Assembly: GCA_965223545.1 (NCBI GenBank)
Contig: OZ245006.1
Span: 3,168,001-3,232,000, forward strand
Length of the DNA stretch: 64,000 bases
Reading direction: 5' to 3'
Source of the DNA: Planctomycetota bacterium
GTDB lineage: Bacteria; Planctomycetota; UBA1135; UBA2386
The position numbers and the translations under genes were made by a program. The notes below the pieces were generated by a model. The model searched no databases. It was not told where the DNA came from and saw only the letters and a program-made list of their open reading frames with translations. This document shows positions 29,361-39,350 of the stretch, piece by piece (position 1 is the first letter of the stretch; every line of letters begins with the position of its first letter).

Positions 29361-30488
29361 TCATGAGACCAAGTCGGGATAGTACTCGCCCGCCGGGAAC
29401 GCCATGCCATCGACGCGCCCGCGACACCACTGCAAGACTCGGCTTCGAACCTCGTCGGGGACATCCTTGTGGCGGTCGGCCTTGCCACTGACGAACAGCT
29501 CCGCGTCGGTCTGCAGCACGTGGGGTGGATGCATCTCGAATGCCTCTCCGTGCTCCTTCATGTAAGCGAAACCGCACTTCTCCACAACCGCAGAGCGCTC
29601 TTCCGGGTCGAGGGGGGCCATCTGCAGGAACTCGGCCACCGAGTCGACCACCGCCCCGAGATCCGCCTTCATCGACTCGAAGCTGACGAACAGCACGTTG
29701 TCGTTCTCCGCGGCGGCCTGCCACCATCCCTCGACATGGGTCGGCCAGGTGCCCCACCACATCTTGTCTTCCGACCGGAACCAGTCCTCCACCACATCGA
29801 GCCGGGGGGCAAACGCTCCGATGTTGGTGCGGATGAAGTCCACGCAGCTGGCGAAGCAAGAAACCGGGTGGCGCACGACGTAGACGTACTTGGCCGCCGG
29901 CGAGTACGGACATGCCGATCGCGGCAGGTGGGTCTTGATCACGACCGACGGACGCTCGCTGCCGATCTTGGGCGCGGCGGTGATCGGCACGCTCTTGTTG
30001 GCCTCCACCCACGGCGACACCGAATACAGCGTCGCGCCGCGCTCGACGAGGTCACCCCGGCCGCGCAACAACACTTCGTAGACCACGTGCTGCATCCAAG
30101 TCGTGCCGCACTTCATCTGGGTCACGACGAACACATCGTGCGCCGCGGGCTGGTACCGCATGGCCGCAGAGAAGCTCTCCGCCGAGCAGGTTCCCTTCGG
30201 CCCGGCAACCCCGTCGACCGAGAAGCTGGCCTGATCGAACGTAAAGTTGTCGCGGCGGCTCATCCATCGCAGGACGGGATAGAGCATCACCGCATGCCGG
30301 CGGAGCTTGGCCTTGAACGCCGCCCGTTCCGCGGGCGGCGCGCCGTAGTAGGCGAGCCCTTGCGTTTCTTGCTCGGTCCACGCCATCACGGTGCTGAGGT
30401 GGATGACCTGCACGAGGTAGAGCAGAAACAGCACACCGAGCACGCCGAGGGCAACCCAGAGCACATTCCAGAGATCGAAAGCGAGCAT
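29361..30488 (-). CDS. PAPS-dependent sulfotransferase with N-terminal membrane anchor
   Basis: 5'-PSB TQMKCGTTW, IKTHLP, 3'-PB RHPVSCFAS, FESMKADL. Confidence 0.88.
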   Translation of the reverse strand: MLAFDLWNVLWVALGVLGVLFLLYLVQVIHLSTVMAWTEQETQGLAYYGAPPAERAAFKAKLRRHAVMLYPVLRWMSRRDNFTFDQASFSVDGVAGPKGTCSAESFSAAMRYQPAAHDVFVVTQMKCGTTWMQHVVYEVLLRGRGDLVERGATLYSVSPWVEANKSVPITAAPKIGSERPSVVIKTHLPRSACPYSPAAKYVYVVRHPVSCFASCVDFIRTNIGAFAPRLDVVEDWFRSEDKMWWGTWPTHVEGWWQAAAENDNVLFVSFESMKADLGAVVDSVAEFLQMAPLDPEERSAVVEKCGFAYMKEHGEAFEMHPPHVLQTDAELFVSGKADRHKDVPDEVRSRVLQWCRGRVDGMAFPAGEYYPDLVS

Positions 30489-30637
30489 CGAATCGGCAGT
30501 CCACCGGCAAGGCCGAGCCCCGGCCGCCAGGCGCGGCACCATACCGAGTTCGACGGCTCTGGGCACCCGCGTCCCGGATTCGCCGAGCGCGGGCAATCAG
30601 CAGTGTGGCGCCGTCGCCACCGACTACAGTCTCGACG

Positions 30638-31459
30638 ATGGGCAAGCGACCGCCGCAGATCGTCAAGAGCACCGGCGAAGTCGAGCCGTTCCGGCAGAGC
30701 AAGCTCACGGCCTCGCTGCGCCGTGCCGGGGCCAGCCCGGCCGACGTGCGGCGCGTGGTCGCGGCGTTGCGCGACACGATCCGCGACGGGACCACGACCA
30801 AGGAGCTGTACCGGCGCGCGCACACCCTCCTCCGCCGCGGCGGGCAGGCGACGGCGGCCCGCTACAGCCTACAGCGCGCGATCCAGGTCATGGGACCGGG
30901 CGGCTATCCGTTCGAGTTGCTCGTCGGTGCTCTCTGGCGCGAGGAAGGCTATGCCGTCGACATCGGCACCCATCTACAGGGGCGGTACGTGCGGCACGAA
31001 ATCGACCTGCTCGCCACGCGTGGCAAACACCGCGACCTGGCCGAGTGCAAGTTTCGCAACGCCGCGGACGGCAAGGTCGACGTCAAGGTGGCGATGTACG
31101 TCTACGGCCGCGCCACCGACCTGGCACCTCCGCCGCGCCTGCAGCAGAGGTTCTGGTTGATCACCAATGGCCGCTTCACCAGCGACGCGCTGGCGTTCGG
31201 CGAGGGGATGGGGCTGCGCATGCTGAGCTGGGACCACCCTCGAGACGATGGACTGCGGGAGCGGATCGACCGCGCCGGACTGCACCCGATCACCGCACTC
31301 ACCGCGTTGCGGCAGCGCGACAAGCAGTGGTTGCTGGATCGCGGCGTGGTCCTGTGTCGAGAGCTCTGCGAGCAACCCGCCCTCCTGCGCAAGCTCGACT
31401 TGAGCCCGAGCGCGCTGCGCCGCACGCGCGCGGAAGCCGAGCAGCTGGCAGGCCGCTGA
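30638..31459 (+). CDS. ATP-cone plus Mrr-like PD-(D/E)xK nuclease domain protein
   Basis: IVKSTGEVEPFRQSKL (ATP cone), GYPFE, HEIDLLA…AECKF, LITNGRFTSDA. Confidence 0.8.
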   Translation: MGKRPPQIVKSTGEVEPFRQSKLTASLRRAGASPADVRRVVAALRDTIRDGTTTKELYRRAHTLLRRGGQATAARYSLQRAIQVMGPGGYPFELLVGALWREEGYAVDIGTHLQGRYVRHEIDLLATRGKHRDLAECKFRNAADGKVDVKVAMYVYGRATDLAPPPRLQQRFWLITNGRFTSDALAFGEGMGLRMLSWDHPRDDGLRERIDRAGLHPITALTALRQRDKQWLLDRGVVLCRELCEQPALLRKLDLSPSALRRTRAEAEQLAGR

Positions 31460-31534
31460 AAAAGTCGTTCGCCCCGCCACCCGGCGCCTCGAAGCACCTT
31501 CTCAACCGCCCACTTGCCGGGGAGACCGACGCTG

Positions 31535-32269
31535 TCACACTCCCCAACCGCCGCTGACTTGCAGATTGGCGCCATTGACGTAGCGCGCGCCATCCGAGAG
31601 CAAGTACTCGACCGCGGCCACCGCATCGTCGACGGCGCCGACGTAGCCGGCGGGGATCATCTTCACCATCCGCTGGAGCTCCTCTTGTGGCGCCCCACCG
31701 GAGTCGAGAAACCCAGGCGAGACGACGTTGGCGGTAATGCCGTGCGCCGCCAGAGACTTCGCCAGCGAACGAGTCAAGATCACCACTCCGGCCTTGGCGA
31801 TGTAGTGCGCGGTCACGTGAGTCTGCGCCGCCATCTTGTCGGCGTTGGCCATGGCGAACGTGACGATGCGGCCGAAGCCGCGCTCGATCATGCCGGGGGC
31901 CACTCGTTGCGCCAGGTAGAAGACCGGGTGGAGGTTGTGGTCGAACATCTCGTGCCAACCCTCGACACTCTCCTCCAACAGCGGCACGCGGTGGTAGGGA
32001 CCGGCACAGTTGACCAGCGCGTCGATCCGCCCGAAATCCGCGAGCACGCGGTCGACCAGCGTCGCGCATGCTTCGCCGTCCGACACGTCGCAGCGCAGAC
32101 CGGTCGCGTGGCCGCCGAGCTCGGCGATCTCGGCGACCAAGCTCTCGGCCGCCGCCGAACTCGTGCGGTAGCAGAACGCCACGCGCCAGCCTTGCACAGC
32201 GAGCCGGCGGCCGATGGCGCGCCCGATTCCCTTCGCACCCCCAGTGATCAGCGCAACCCGGTCACTCAT
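31535..32269 (-). CDS. SDR family oxidoreductase
   Basis: TGGAKGIG, VNCAG, YIAK (YxxxK), NVVSPG. Confidence 0.92.
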   Translation of the reverse strand: MSDRVALITGGAKGIGRAIGRRLAVQGWRVAFCYRTSSAAAESLVAEIAELGGHATGLRCDVSDGEACATLVDRVLADFGRIDALVNCAGPYHRVPLLEESVEGWHEMFDHNLHPVFYLAQRVAPGMIERGFGRIVTFAMANADKMAAQTHVTAHYIAKAGVVILTRSLAKSLAAHGITANVVSPGFLDSGGAPQEELQRMVKMIPAGYVGAVDDAVAAVEYLLSDGARYVNGANLQVSGGWGV

Positions 32270-32838
32270 CGCGCCTCCTCCCGCAGCGCCGCACGCAACC
32301 GCTGCTCCGCCTCTTCATCCCAGTAGCCGCAATCGAGCTCGATGAAGACCGATGTGTACGGCAACGTCATGTCGGTCTTCAGCACCAGCACGGAGAACGT
32401 CTCGGCGACCCGATCGAGCTGACCGATGATGTCGCCGTGCGGCGCCGAGCGCGGCCGTGAATCCGCCAACGTCTCGGCCAGCGCCTGGCGAACCTCGCCG
32501 ATCCCCGGCGCGTCCGCCTCGGACACCCGACCGAGCTCGGCATCCGTCCATGGTACGGCGCGGACGTGCGCGCTGCGGCCAATCGCGGCCAGCACCGTGC
32601 GCACCGCGGCCAAGTGGTCACCACCGACATACACGGTCTCGATTCCGCCACCGCTCTGCTCCGGATACGCCGCATCGGCGACGACCACCCAATTGCGGTG
32701 CCCCAGCGATGGGAGCCTGCGCTCGAGCGCAGCCGCCCAATCGTCGCCGTCCCAGGTCGAACGCGCAGCCGGCACGGCGGCACATCCTCCGACCAAGAGC
32801 ACCAGCAGAGGAAGCGACACGCACCATGGCCACACCAT
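32266..32838 (-). CDS. RbsD/FucU-like lipoprotein
   Basis: Lipobox VGGC, LGHRNWVVVADAAYP, LPYTSVFIELDCGYW. Confidence 0.7.
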   Translation of the reverse strand: MVWPWCVSLPLLVLLVGGCAAVPAARSTWDGDDWAAALERRLPSLGHRNWVVVADAAYPEQSGGGIETVYVGGDHLAAVRTVLAAIGRSAHVRAVPWTDAELGRVSEADAPGIGEVRQALAETLADSRPRSAPHGDIIGQLDRVAETFSVLVLKTDMTLPYTSVFIELDCGYWDEEAEQRLRAALREEAR

Positions 32839-33007
32839 GGCCGGCGAGCATAGGGCGACGGGCGCGGGGATCGATCCCGATCCCGCCGGGGAACCAGCGA
32901 ACCCGCCTTGCCCGTACAGTCCCGCGCCAACCGACGCCGATGCAGAGGGAGCGCCCGAAGCTTGCGTAGACTCTAGGGCGACGACTGGCCAAAGCTCGAC
33001 CCGAACG

Positions 33008-34066
33008 ATGACGATCACGCTTCGCTCCCAATGGCTGCGCCGACTTCTCCTGCTCGGCGCGGTCGGCTGTGCGATCGCCGCCGGCGCGGCCGTGCTCTGG
33101 TGGACGCGCCCACCTCTCCTGCAGGTCGAGCACGCGCCGAAGACATTCGCCCGACGCGCGGGCGCACTGAGCGCCAACATCTGCGGCACTGCGTTTCCCT
33201 GGGCAGCGCTGCGATACCGGATCAACGACGCGGAATGGCAACCGGTCCTGGCTGCCGCTCCGCGCACGCCGGCGCCGCGCTGGACCATCGAGCTGCTGCG
33301 CGAGCAGCTCCTACCGGGCGAGAACCGCCTGCAGATCGAAGCCACCGCCTTCGGCCGCGCAACGGTCGCGCGCAGCTTGCGGCTGAACTACGACGACAGC
33401 CCGGTCCGATTGCCCCTGTTGCAGGACTGGAGCGGACCGCTCGACGTACAAGACGGTCGTTGGGAGGTCGTCGAAGTCGATGGCGAGCGCCGGGTGCGGC
33501 CCGCGCTCGGCGCCGAGGGCTACGACCGGCTCCTGCTGGTCTGTGGTGCCGTCCGCGGTGGGCGCCGGGTGGAGACCGAGATCACGCTGCGCGCGTTCAG
33601 CCCCTGGCAAACCTGGGCCGGGTTCGGCGTGCTGACCATGTGGGGCGGACATCTCGACGACGGACACCGACCACGACGCGGCTGGCGCTACGCGATCGCG
33701 TGGTGGATGAAGCCGTACGGACCGTGGTGCGAGTTCTCCAACAAGCACGGCGATGCGCCGCGGCACGATTCCTTCAGCGGGGAGACCCTACCCGAGCCCG
33801 AACCCGGCTCGCGGTGGTCGCTGATCGCGGAGTGCTGGCCCGAACGCGACGCTGGCGGCCGGCATCTCCGGCATCGCCAGCGAATGAAGATCTGGCCCAC
33901 CGGCACGCCCGAGCCCGCGGCGTGGCTGGAGACGACCGACAAGGGCGCCGCCGAGTTGCCACCGGCGGAGTACGCCGTGGCGCTGATCGCGCACGAGTGC
34001 AGCGCCGAGTTCGGCCCCGTGCGCATCACTGCTTTGCCCGCGGCCACGCTGCCCGCACCCCGCTGA
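33008..34066 (+). CDS. Membrane-anchored hypothetical protein (Ig-like plus beta-sandwich)
   Basis: ATG at 33008, one TM, LLPGENRLQIEA Ig-like motif, Trp-rich beta domain. Confidence 0.6.
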   Translation: MTITLRSQWLRRLLLLGAVGCAIAAGAAVLWWTRPPLLQVEHAPKTFARRAGALSANICGTAFPWAALRYRINDAEWQPVLAAAPRTPAPRWTIELLREQLLPGENRLQIEATAFGRATVARSLRLNYDDSPVRLPLLQDWSGPLDVQDGRWEVVEVDGERRVRPALGAEGYDRLLLVCGAVRGGRRVETEITLRAFSPWQTWAGFGVLTMWGGHLDDGHRPRRGWRYAIAWWMKPYGPWCEFSNKHGDAPRHDSFSGETLPEPEPGSRWSLIAECWPERDAGGRHLRHRQRMKIWPTGTPEPAAWLETTDKGAAELPPAEYAVALIAHECSAEFGPVRITALPAATLPAPR

Positions 34067-34413
34067 GACAACGGTCCACGGTCGCAGCGGACGGCCACAA
34101 CTCCGTCGGTTGTAACCGTGGCCCTGGACCCGCTCCCGTGACCGTCCGCGCCACCCCCGTTCGGCCCAGGACGAGGTCGGGGCTTGCCCCGTCCATAAAC
34201 AACGCTACCGTCACCACGCGTCGATGCCGGCTGCGCCCCGCGCGCGGCGGCGTAGTCACGAGACACGTCATGAAGACCAACCGGAGCTGAACCCCCGGCG
34301 GACGCGGTCACCCGCGCCCGCCATGTCGCCCCTGGACCCCTCCCCGCCCCGGCGGGGGACCGCTCCGATCCGGCGCCTTCCCTCGCGCGTTTGCGCGACG
34401 GCGGCGAGCACTC

Positions 34414-35844
34414 ATGAACGATTCACAGTCTCGGCCCGCGCGTGCGGGCTTTCTGCGCCGTGCCTGGCGAGCCACCCGCCGCGCATTGGCGGGTGAGCAG
34501 CAGAGCTACACGACCGGCAGTTTGCACCGCGGCATCTTCTTCTTGGCGGTGCCGATGATGCTGGAGATGGCGATGGAGTCGGTGTTCGCCGTCGTCGACA
34601 TCTACTTCCTCGGCCAGCTGCACGACGCCACCGACGCCATTGCCGCGGTCGGCCTGACCGAGTCCGTGTTGACCTTGCTGTACGCGTTGGCCTTCGGGCT
34701 CAGCATGGCGGTGACCGCGACGGTCGCGCGCCGCATCGGCGGGGGCGACGAAGACGCAGCGGCCACCGCGACGTGGCAGGCGATCTTGCTCGGTCTCGGC
34801 ATCTCCCTCGTGGTCGCGATCCCCGGCGTGCTGTTCGCGCCCCAGGTGTTGGCGCTGATGGACGCACCGGCCGAAGTCGTCGCCACTGGATCGGGCTACG
34901 CCCGGCTTCTGTTCGGCACCAACGCGGTGATCATGCTGATCTTCTTGATCAACGCCGCGTTTCGCGGCGCCGGCGACTCGGCCTTGGCGATGCGGAGCCT
35001 GTGGCTCGCGAACGGCATCAACATCGTCCTCGACCCGTGCCTGATCCACGGCTGGGGACCATTCCCACAGATGGGAGTCACCGGAGCGGCGCTGGCAACC
35101 ACCATCGGGCGCGGCATCGGCGTGCTCTATCAGCTCACGTGCCTGCGCCGGGGACGCGGGCGCCTGCACCTGCAAAACCGTCACCTCACCGCCGACTACG
35201 GCGCCATGCTCCGGCTGTTGCGGGTGTCGGGTGGCGGCATCGCCCAGATGCTGATCGCGACGGCCAGCTGGCTCGGCATGATGCGCATCGTCGCCACGTT
35301 CGGCAAGGTGCCCGTCTCCGGCTACACCGTCGCCATCCGCATCCTGATCTTCAGCTACCTGCCTGCCTTCGGCTTGACCAACGCGGCGGCGACGCTGGTC
35401 GGCCAGAACCTGGGCGCCGGCAATCCCGATCGGGCCGAACGCGCGGTGTGGCTCACCGGTGCCTACACCATGTGCTACACCGCCGTGGTCACGGTGCTGT
35501 TCCTCGCCACCGGCCACCACCTGGTCGCGCTGTTCATCGAAGCCGCACCCGTGCGCCGCGTCGCCGAGGACGCGCTGCGCATCATCACGTACGGCTACGT
35601 GTTCTACGGTTGGGGACTGGTGATGATGCAGGCCTTCAACGGCGCCGGCGACACGATGACGCCGACCCGGATCAACCTGGTCAGCTTCTGGCTCCTGCAG
35701 CTGCCGCTCGCCTGGACGTTGTCGGTACCGGCAGGGCTCGGCCCGCACGGCTCGTTCTGGTCGGTGATGATTGCCGAGGCCGTGCTGACGGCGATCTCGA
35801 TCGCGGTGTTTCGGCGAGGGCGTTGGAAGCAGCGGCAGGTGTGA
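34414..35844 (+). CDS. MATE family efflux transporter
   Basis: LAVPMMLEM, FRGAGD, NIVLDP.LI, AAATLVGQNLGAG, FNGAGDT. Confidence 0.95.
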   Translation: MNDSQSRPARAGFLRRAWRATRRALAGEQQSYTTGSLHRGIFFLAVPMMLEMAMESVFAVVDIYFLGQLHDATDAIAAVGLTESVLTLLYALAFGLSMAVTATVARRIGGGDEDAAATATWQAILLGLGISLVVAIPGVLFAPQVLALMDAPAEVVATGSGYARLLFGTNAVIMLIFLINAAFRGAGDSALAMRSLWLANGINIVLDPCLIHGWGPFPQMGVTGAALATTIGRGIGVLYQLTCLRRGRGRLHLQNRHLTADYGAMLRLLRVSGGGIAQMLIATASWLGMMRIVATFGKVPVSGYTVAIRILIFSYLPAFGLTNAAATLVGQNLGAGNPDRAERAVWLTGAYTMCYTAVVTVLFLATGHHLVALFIEAAPVRRVAEDALRIITYGYVFYGWGLVMMQAFNGAGDTMTPTRINLVSFWLLQLPLAWTLSVPAGLGPHGSFWSVMIAEAVLTAISIAVFRRGRWKQRQV

Positions 35845-35859
35845 ACGTCACCGGCTGGC

Positions 35860-38800
35860 TCACCCGGCGGCCTGCCCCAACACCTGGCGAAGAACGCGGC
35901 CGAGGTCTTCCCGCCGATACGGCTTGGCGAGAACGGCGTCGAAGCCCACGATCGGCACCGTCGAGTAGCCGCTGCTGGCGATGATCTTCAAGTCACCCGC
36001 CAGCTCGCGGACCACGGGCAAGATCTCCGCGCCGCCCTTCCCCCCCGGCACGGTCATGTCGAAGATCGCGCAGTCAGCGGCAAGCTGGCTCGGCGGCCGC
36101 AGCAGGCGCACGACCTCCTCACCCGTCGCCGCCAAGACGACGCGGCAACCCAAGCCTTCCAACAAGGGGCGCACCGCGGCGCGGATCGACTCTTGGTCGT
36201 CCATCACCAACACGGTCGGACGGCCGGCGAGGCCGGTCGCGCGCGCCAACTCCGGCTCTCCCTCCGGATCCGTCGCCGCCACCGGTAGATCGATGCGAAA
36301 CACCGCGCCGCCACCATCGGCATCGCGCACGTCGATCCGACCGCCGTGCTTGACGACGATGGCGCGCGCGGTGGCCAGGCCCAACCCCGAACCACCCGAC
36401 TTGGTGGAGAAGAACGACTCGAACACCCGTTCGCGCAGCTCGGCGGGCACGCCGCAGCCATGGTCGCGCACTTCGAGCACGACGCGCGCCTGGCCGGTTT
36501 CGCCGCGCGAACTCTGCTCAGTCGCGGCATGCACCTCCACTCGACCACCCGGGTCGCTCGCCTGCCGGGCGTTGAGCAACACGTTCTCCAGGACGCGCTG
36601 CAGCTGGGCGGGATCCACCGCCACCGGCGGCAGATCGCCCGGGCAGCTCACTTCGCAGCGGACGGCCGCGCCGCTGAAGACGAGGTCGGCCGCGGCCCCG
36701 ATCAACCGATCCAAGCGCGCCGGGTCGGCCACCGGAACACCACCCCGCGCGAACGACAGTAGCTGGCCCGCGAGCTCGGTGGCGCGCTGCACCGCGTGCT
36801 CACAAGCCCGAACCTCGTTGCCGACGCCGGCCGCCCGGTCGGCCTTCTCGCGCATCAGCGACAGATTGCACGAAAGGGCGGTCAGCACGTTGTTGAAGTC
36901 GTGCACGATGCCACCAGCGAGGACCCCCAACGACCGCAGTCGCTCGCTGTCGGCCAACTCGATCTGATGCGCTGCCAGCTCGCGCGAACGGGCCTGCACC
37001 TCGCGCCTGAGCTCCTTGTTGTAGCGGCGCTGATAGTGCCAACGCTGCCAACCGAACCCGACCAGCGCCAAGCCCGCGGTCGCCACCAGCCAGCCATACC
37101 ATCGATTCCAGATCGGCGCTTGCACAGCGAGCATCGGCCCCGACAGCGGCGATCCCCACGTCGACCACGCATGCCGCGCTTGCGCGACGAAGCGGTAGTT
37201 CCCGGGCGGCAAGCCGGCGTAGTCCACGGTCAGGCGCGTGCGGCCCTTCGACAGGCGCCAATCGCGATCGAACCCCACCAATTTGGTGCGGAACTGCATG
37301 CGGTGCTCGTCGACGAACGACACCGCGCGCAACGCGAACTCGAGGTGGCGGGTTCCGGCGCCCACGTCGATCGACGGTCCATGCCGGGCCTCGCCGTCCG
37401 CCCGCACGTGCTGCACCGCGACGCGCGGCGGCGGGACGGTGCGTTCGCTGCTGGCCTCGTAGACCGAAACGCCCCGGTCGGTGCCGATCCAGACCCGCCC
37501 GTCGGCACCGCACAACGCGGCTCCCCGGTTGGTCTCGTGCCCGGCCAACCCCGTCGAAACCGTCTCGTGGTGAAGGCGTTGGCCGTTCCAGCGGAACACG
37601 CCGTAGTCGGTGCCGATCCAGAGCTCGTCGCGATGGTCGACGACCAGCGAGTACACCGGACGATCGATCGCCAGGGCACGGGCCTTGGGGCGCCGCAACA
37701 CCTGGCCGTCCACTCGCCAGAGCCCGTCCCCCGCACCGACCCAAACCGCATCGTCCGCCGGCAGCACCGTGAACAAGCTGCCGGGCGAGCCGTCCTCGGG
37801 CAGCAGCCGCTCGCAGCGTTCGCCGCTGAACCGATAGAGGCCCTCGATGGTCGCCGCCCACAACACGTCGTCTCGCCAAGCGACGCGACGCACGACGCGG
37901 TCGCCGACCGCGGGCACCGGCCGGACCACGCCACCTTCGCTGCGCCACAAGCCCCGGGAAGTCGCCAGCCAGACACCCCGCGGATCGGTGGCGATCCCGA
38001 CCACTTCGAGGCCGGGAACCGGGGCGACCTCGAACCACTCGAGCCCGTTGTCACCGGTCAGACAACCGAAACCTCGCTGCGATCCGGCAATCCAGACGCG
38101 GTCGTCCGCGTCGACGGCGAGGTCCATTGCCCGCTCGGCGTTGACCCGCGGCGGCCCGGGGGCGCTGAACGGCAGCGACTCGATCCGCCCGGAGTGCAGC
38201 AGGGTCAAGCCGCCGTTGTGGCCGAGAATCACCTGGCCTGTGGAACGCTCTGCGGCGGACGACACCTCGTCGCGCAACAGACCGTGTTGCCGCCCGAAAC
38301 TGGCGAACCGCCGACTCACCAGCTTCGAGACTCCGATGTCGGTGCCGAACCACAGACTCCCCTCGCGATCGCAGTACAGGGCGTTGGCGGTTCCGGACAC
38401 GAGCCCGTTCTGCGTGCCGAGCGACTCGATCCGACCGCCGAGCCCGTGCACGAAGAAGGTCCCGCCGCGCGCCGACACGTACACCCCACCCCGGCGGTCC
38501 GCGGTCACCGCCACCCGCTGCAGCCGGAGCCGGTCGAAGTCGAAGCTCGCGGCCCGGTGCTCGACGCCACCGTCGGGCTGCAGCAGCCCGACCCAGTCCA
38601 GCCCCGCGAGCCAGAGGCCGCGATCGCCATCCGCGGCGAGACCCCACACGCCCTTCTCGGCCGCGTCCGATCCGCCCCACAGCTCGACGACGGAATCGGG
38701 CGACACCGTGAACACGCCGTTGCTGGTGGCGACGCGCAGCACGCCTTGCCAGACTGCGAGGGCGCGCACGTCGCCGTGCCCACTGTCCGGTGCCAAGCGC

Positions 38801-39276
38801 TGCAGCCAACGCTCGCCGTTCCAAAGGAACACTCCTGCTCGGTGGGTGCCGACGACGAGCCCGGCCACCCCGCCGACGTCGACTCCGCGCACGGTGAAGG
38901 GTTGGGTGGCAACCGTGTTCGCCGCGAACTGCGGCAACTCCCGCCACTGCCCTGCACGGTGCAGCCAAACCACTCCGTCGTGGTTCAAGAGACAGAGCTC
39001 ATCGGGTCCGGTGGGCGAGACCGAGATGACCGCCCGCCGCCTGCCGTCAGCACCGGCCTGTAGGCCGGTCCATTGCGTGCCGTCGTAGCTGACCGCGCCG
39101 ACGCGGGTCGCGAACCACATGCGACCGTCCTCTGCCTGGCTCACGTCGTCGACGACAGAACTCGGCAGCCCATCGTGCTCGGTGTAGGAATGCACCAGGT
39201 AGCGCTGAGCAGGTAGCGCACACGCGCAGACCAGCGGCAACAGCACGGCGCGAGCTCGGAGCAGGCAGGCGGACAT
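35860..39276 (-). CDS. Hybrid sensor kinase with beta-propeller (Reg_prop) and YYY sensor domains
   Basis: YTEHDGLPSS…DGRMWFAT repeats, YAGLPPGNYRF, H-box VHDFNNVL, GSGLGL, receiver VMDD…FDMTVP. Confidence 0.92.
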   Translation of the reverse strand: MSACLLRARAVLLPLVCACALPAQRYLVHSYTEHDGLPSSVVDDVSQAEDGRMWFATRVGAVSYDGTQWTGLQAGADGRRRAVISVSPTGPDELCLLNHDGVVWLHRAGQWRELPQFAANTVATQPFTVRGVDVGGVAGLVVGTHRAGVFLWNGERWLQRLAPDSGHGDVRALAVWQGVLRVATSNGVFTVSPDSVVELWGGSDAAEKGVWGLAADGDRGLWLAGLDWVGLLQPDGGVEHRAASFDFDRLRLQRVAVTADRRGGVYVSARGGTFFVHGLGGRIESLGTQNGLVSGTANALYCDREGSLWFGTDIGVSKLVSRRFASFGRQHGLLRDEVSSAAERSTGQVILGHNGGLTLLHSGRIESLPFSAPGPPRVNAERAMDLAVDADDRVWIAGSQRGFGCLTGDNGLEWFEVAPVPGLEVVGIATDPRGVWLATSRGLWRSEGGVVRPVPAVGDRVVRRVAWRDDVLWAATIEGLYRFSGERCERLLPEDGSPGSLFTVLPADDAVWVGAGDGLWRVDGQVLRRPKARALAIDRPVYSLVVDHRDELWIGTDYGVFRWNGQRLHHETVSTGLAGHETNRGAALCGADGRVWIGTDRGVSVYEASSERTVPPPRVAVQHVRADGEARHGPSIDVGAGTRHLEFALRAVSFVDEHRMQFRTKLVGFDRDWRLSKGRTRLTVDYAGLPPGNYRFVAQARHAWSTWGSPLSGPMLAVQAPIWNRWYGWLVATAGLALVGFGWQRWHYQRRYNKELRREVQARSRELAAHQIELADSERLRSLGVLAGGIVHDFNNVLTALSCNLSLMREKADRAAGVGNEVRACEHAVQRATELAGQLLSFARGGVPVADPARLDRLIGAAADLVFSGAAVRCEVSCPGDLPPVAVDPAQLQRVLENVLLNARQASDPGGRVEVHAATEQSSRGETGQARVVLEVRDHGCGVPAELRERVFESFFSTKSGGSGLGLATARAIVVKHGGRIDVRDADGGGAVFRIDLPVAATDPEGEPELARATGLAGRPTVLVMDDQESIRAAVRPLLEGLGCRVVLAATGEEVVRLLRPPSQLAADCAIFDMTVPGGKGGAEILPVVRELAGDLKIIASSGYSTVPIVGFDAVLAKPYRREDLGRVLRQVLGQAAG

Positions 39277-39350
39277 GCGGGTTCTGGTCAAGACGGTAAC
39301 GCATCCGCGCAGGCAGCGCGCACACGGCATTCATACGTGCAACCGCGCGA

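Noticed and set aside
31535..32269. SDR as the missing ketoreductase of the PKS cluster
   Set aside because: It is 8 kb away, coupled to an RbsD/FucU-like gene, and separated by unrelated genes. No evidence of linkage.
34067..34413. 347-bp intergenic region with GC-rich hairpins as an ncRNA
   Set aside because: No recognisable RNA family features. Such hairpins are expected at this GC content.
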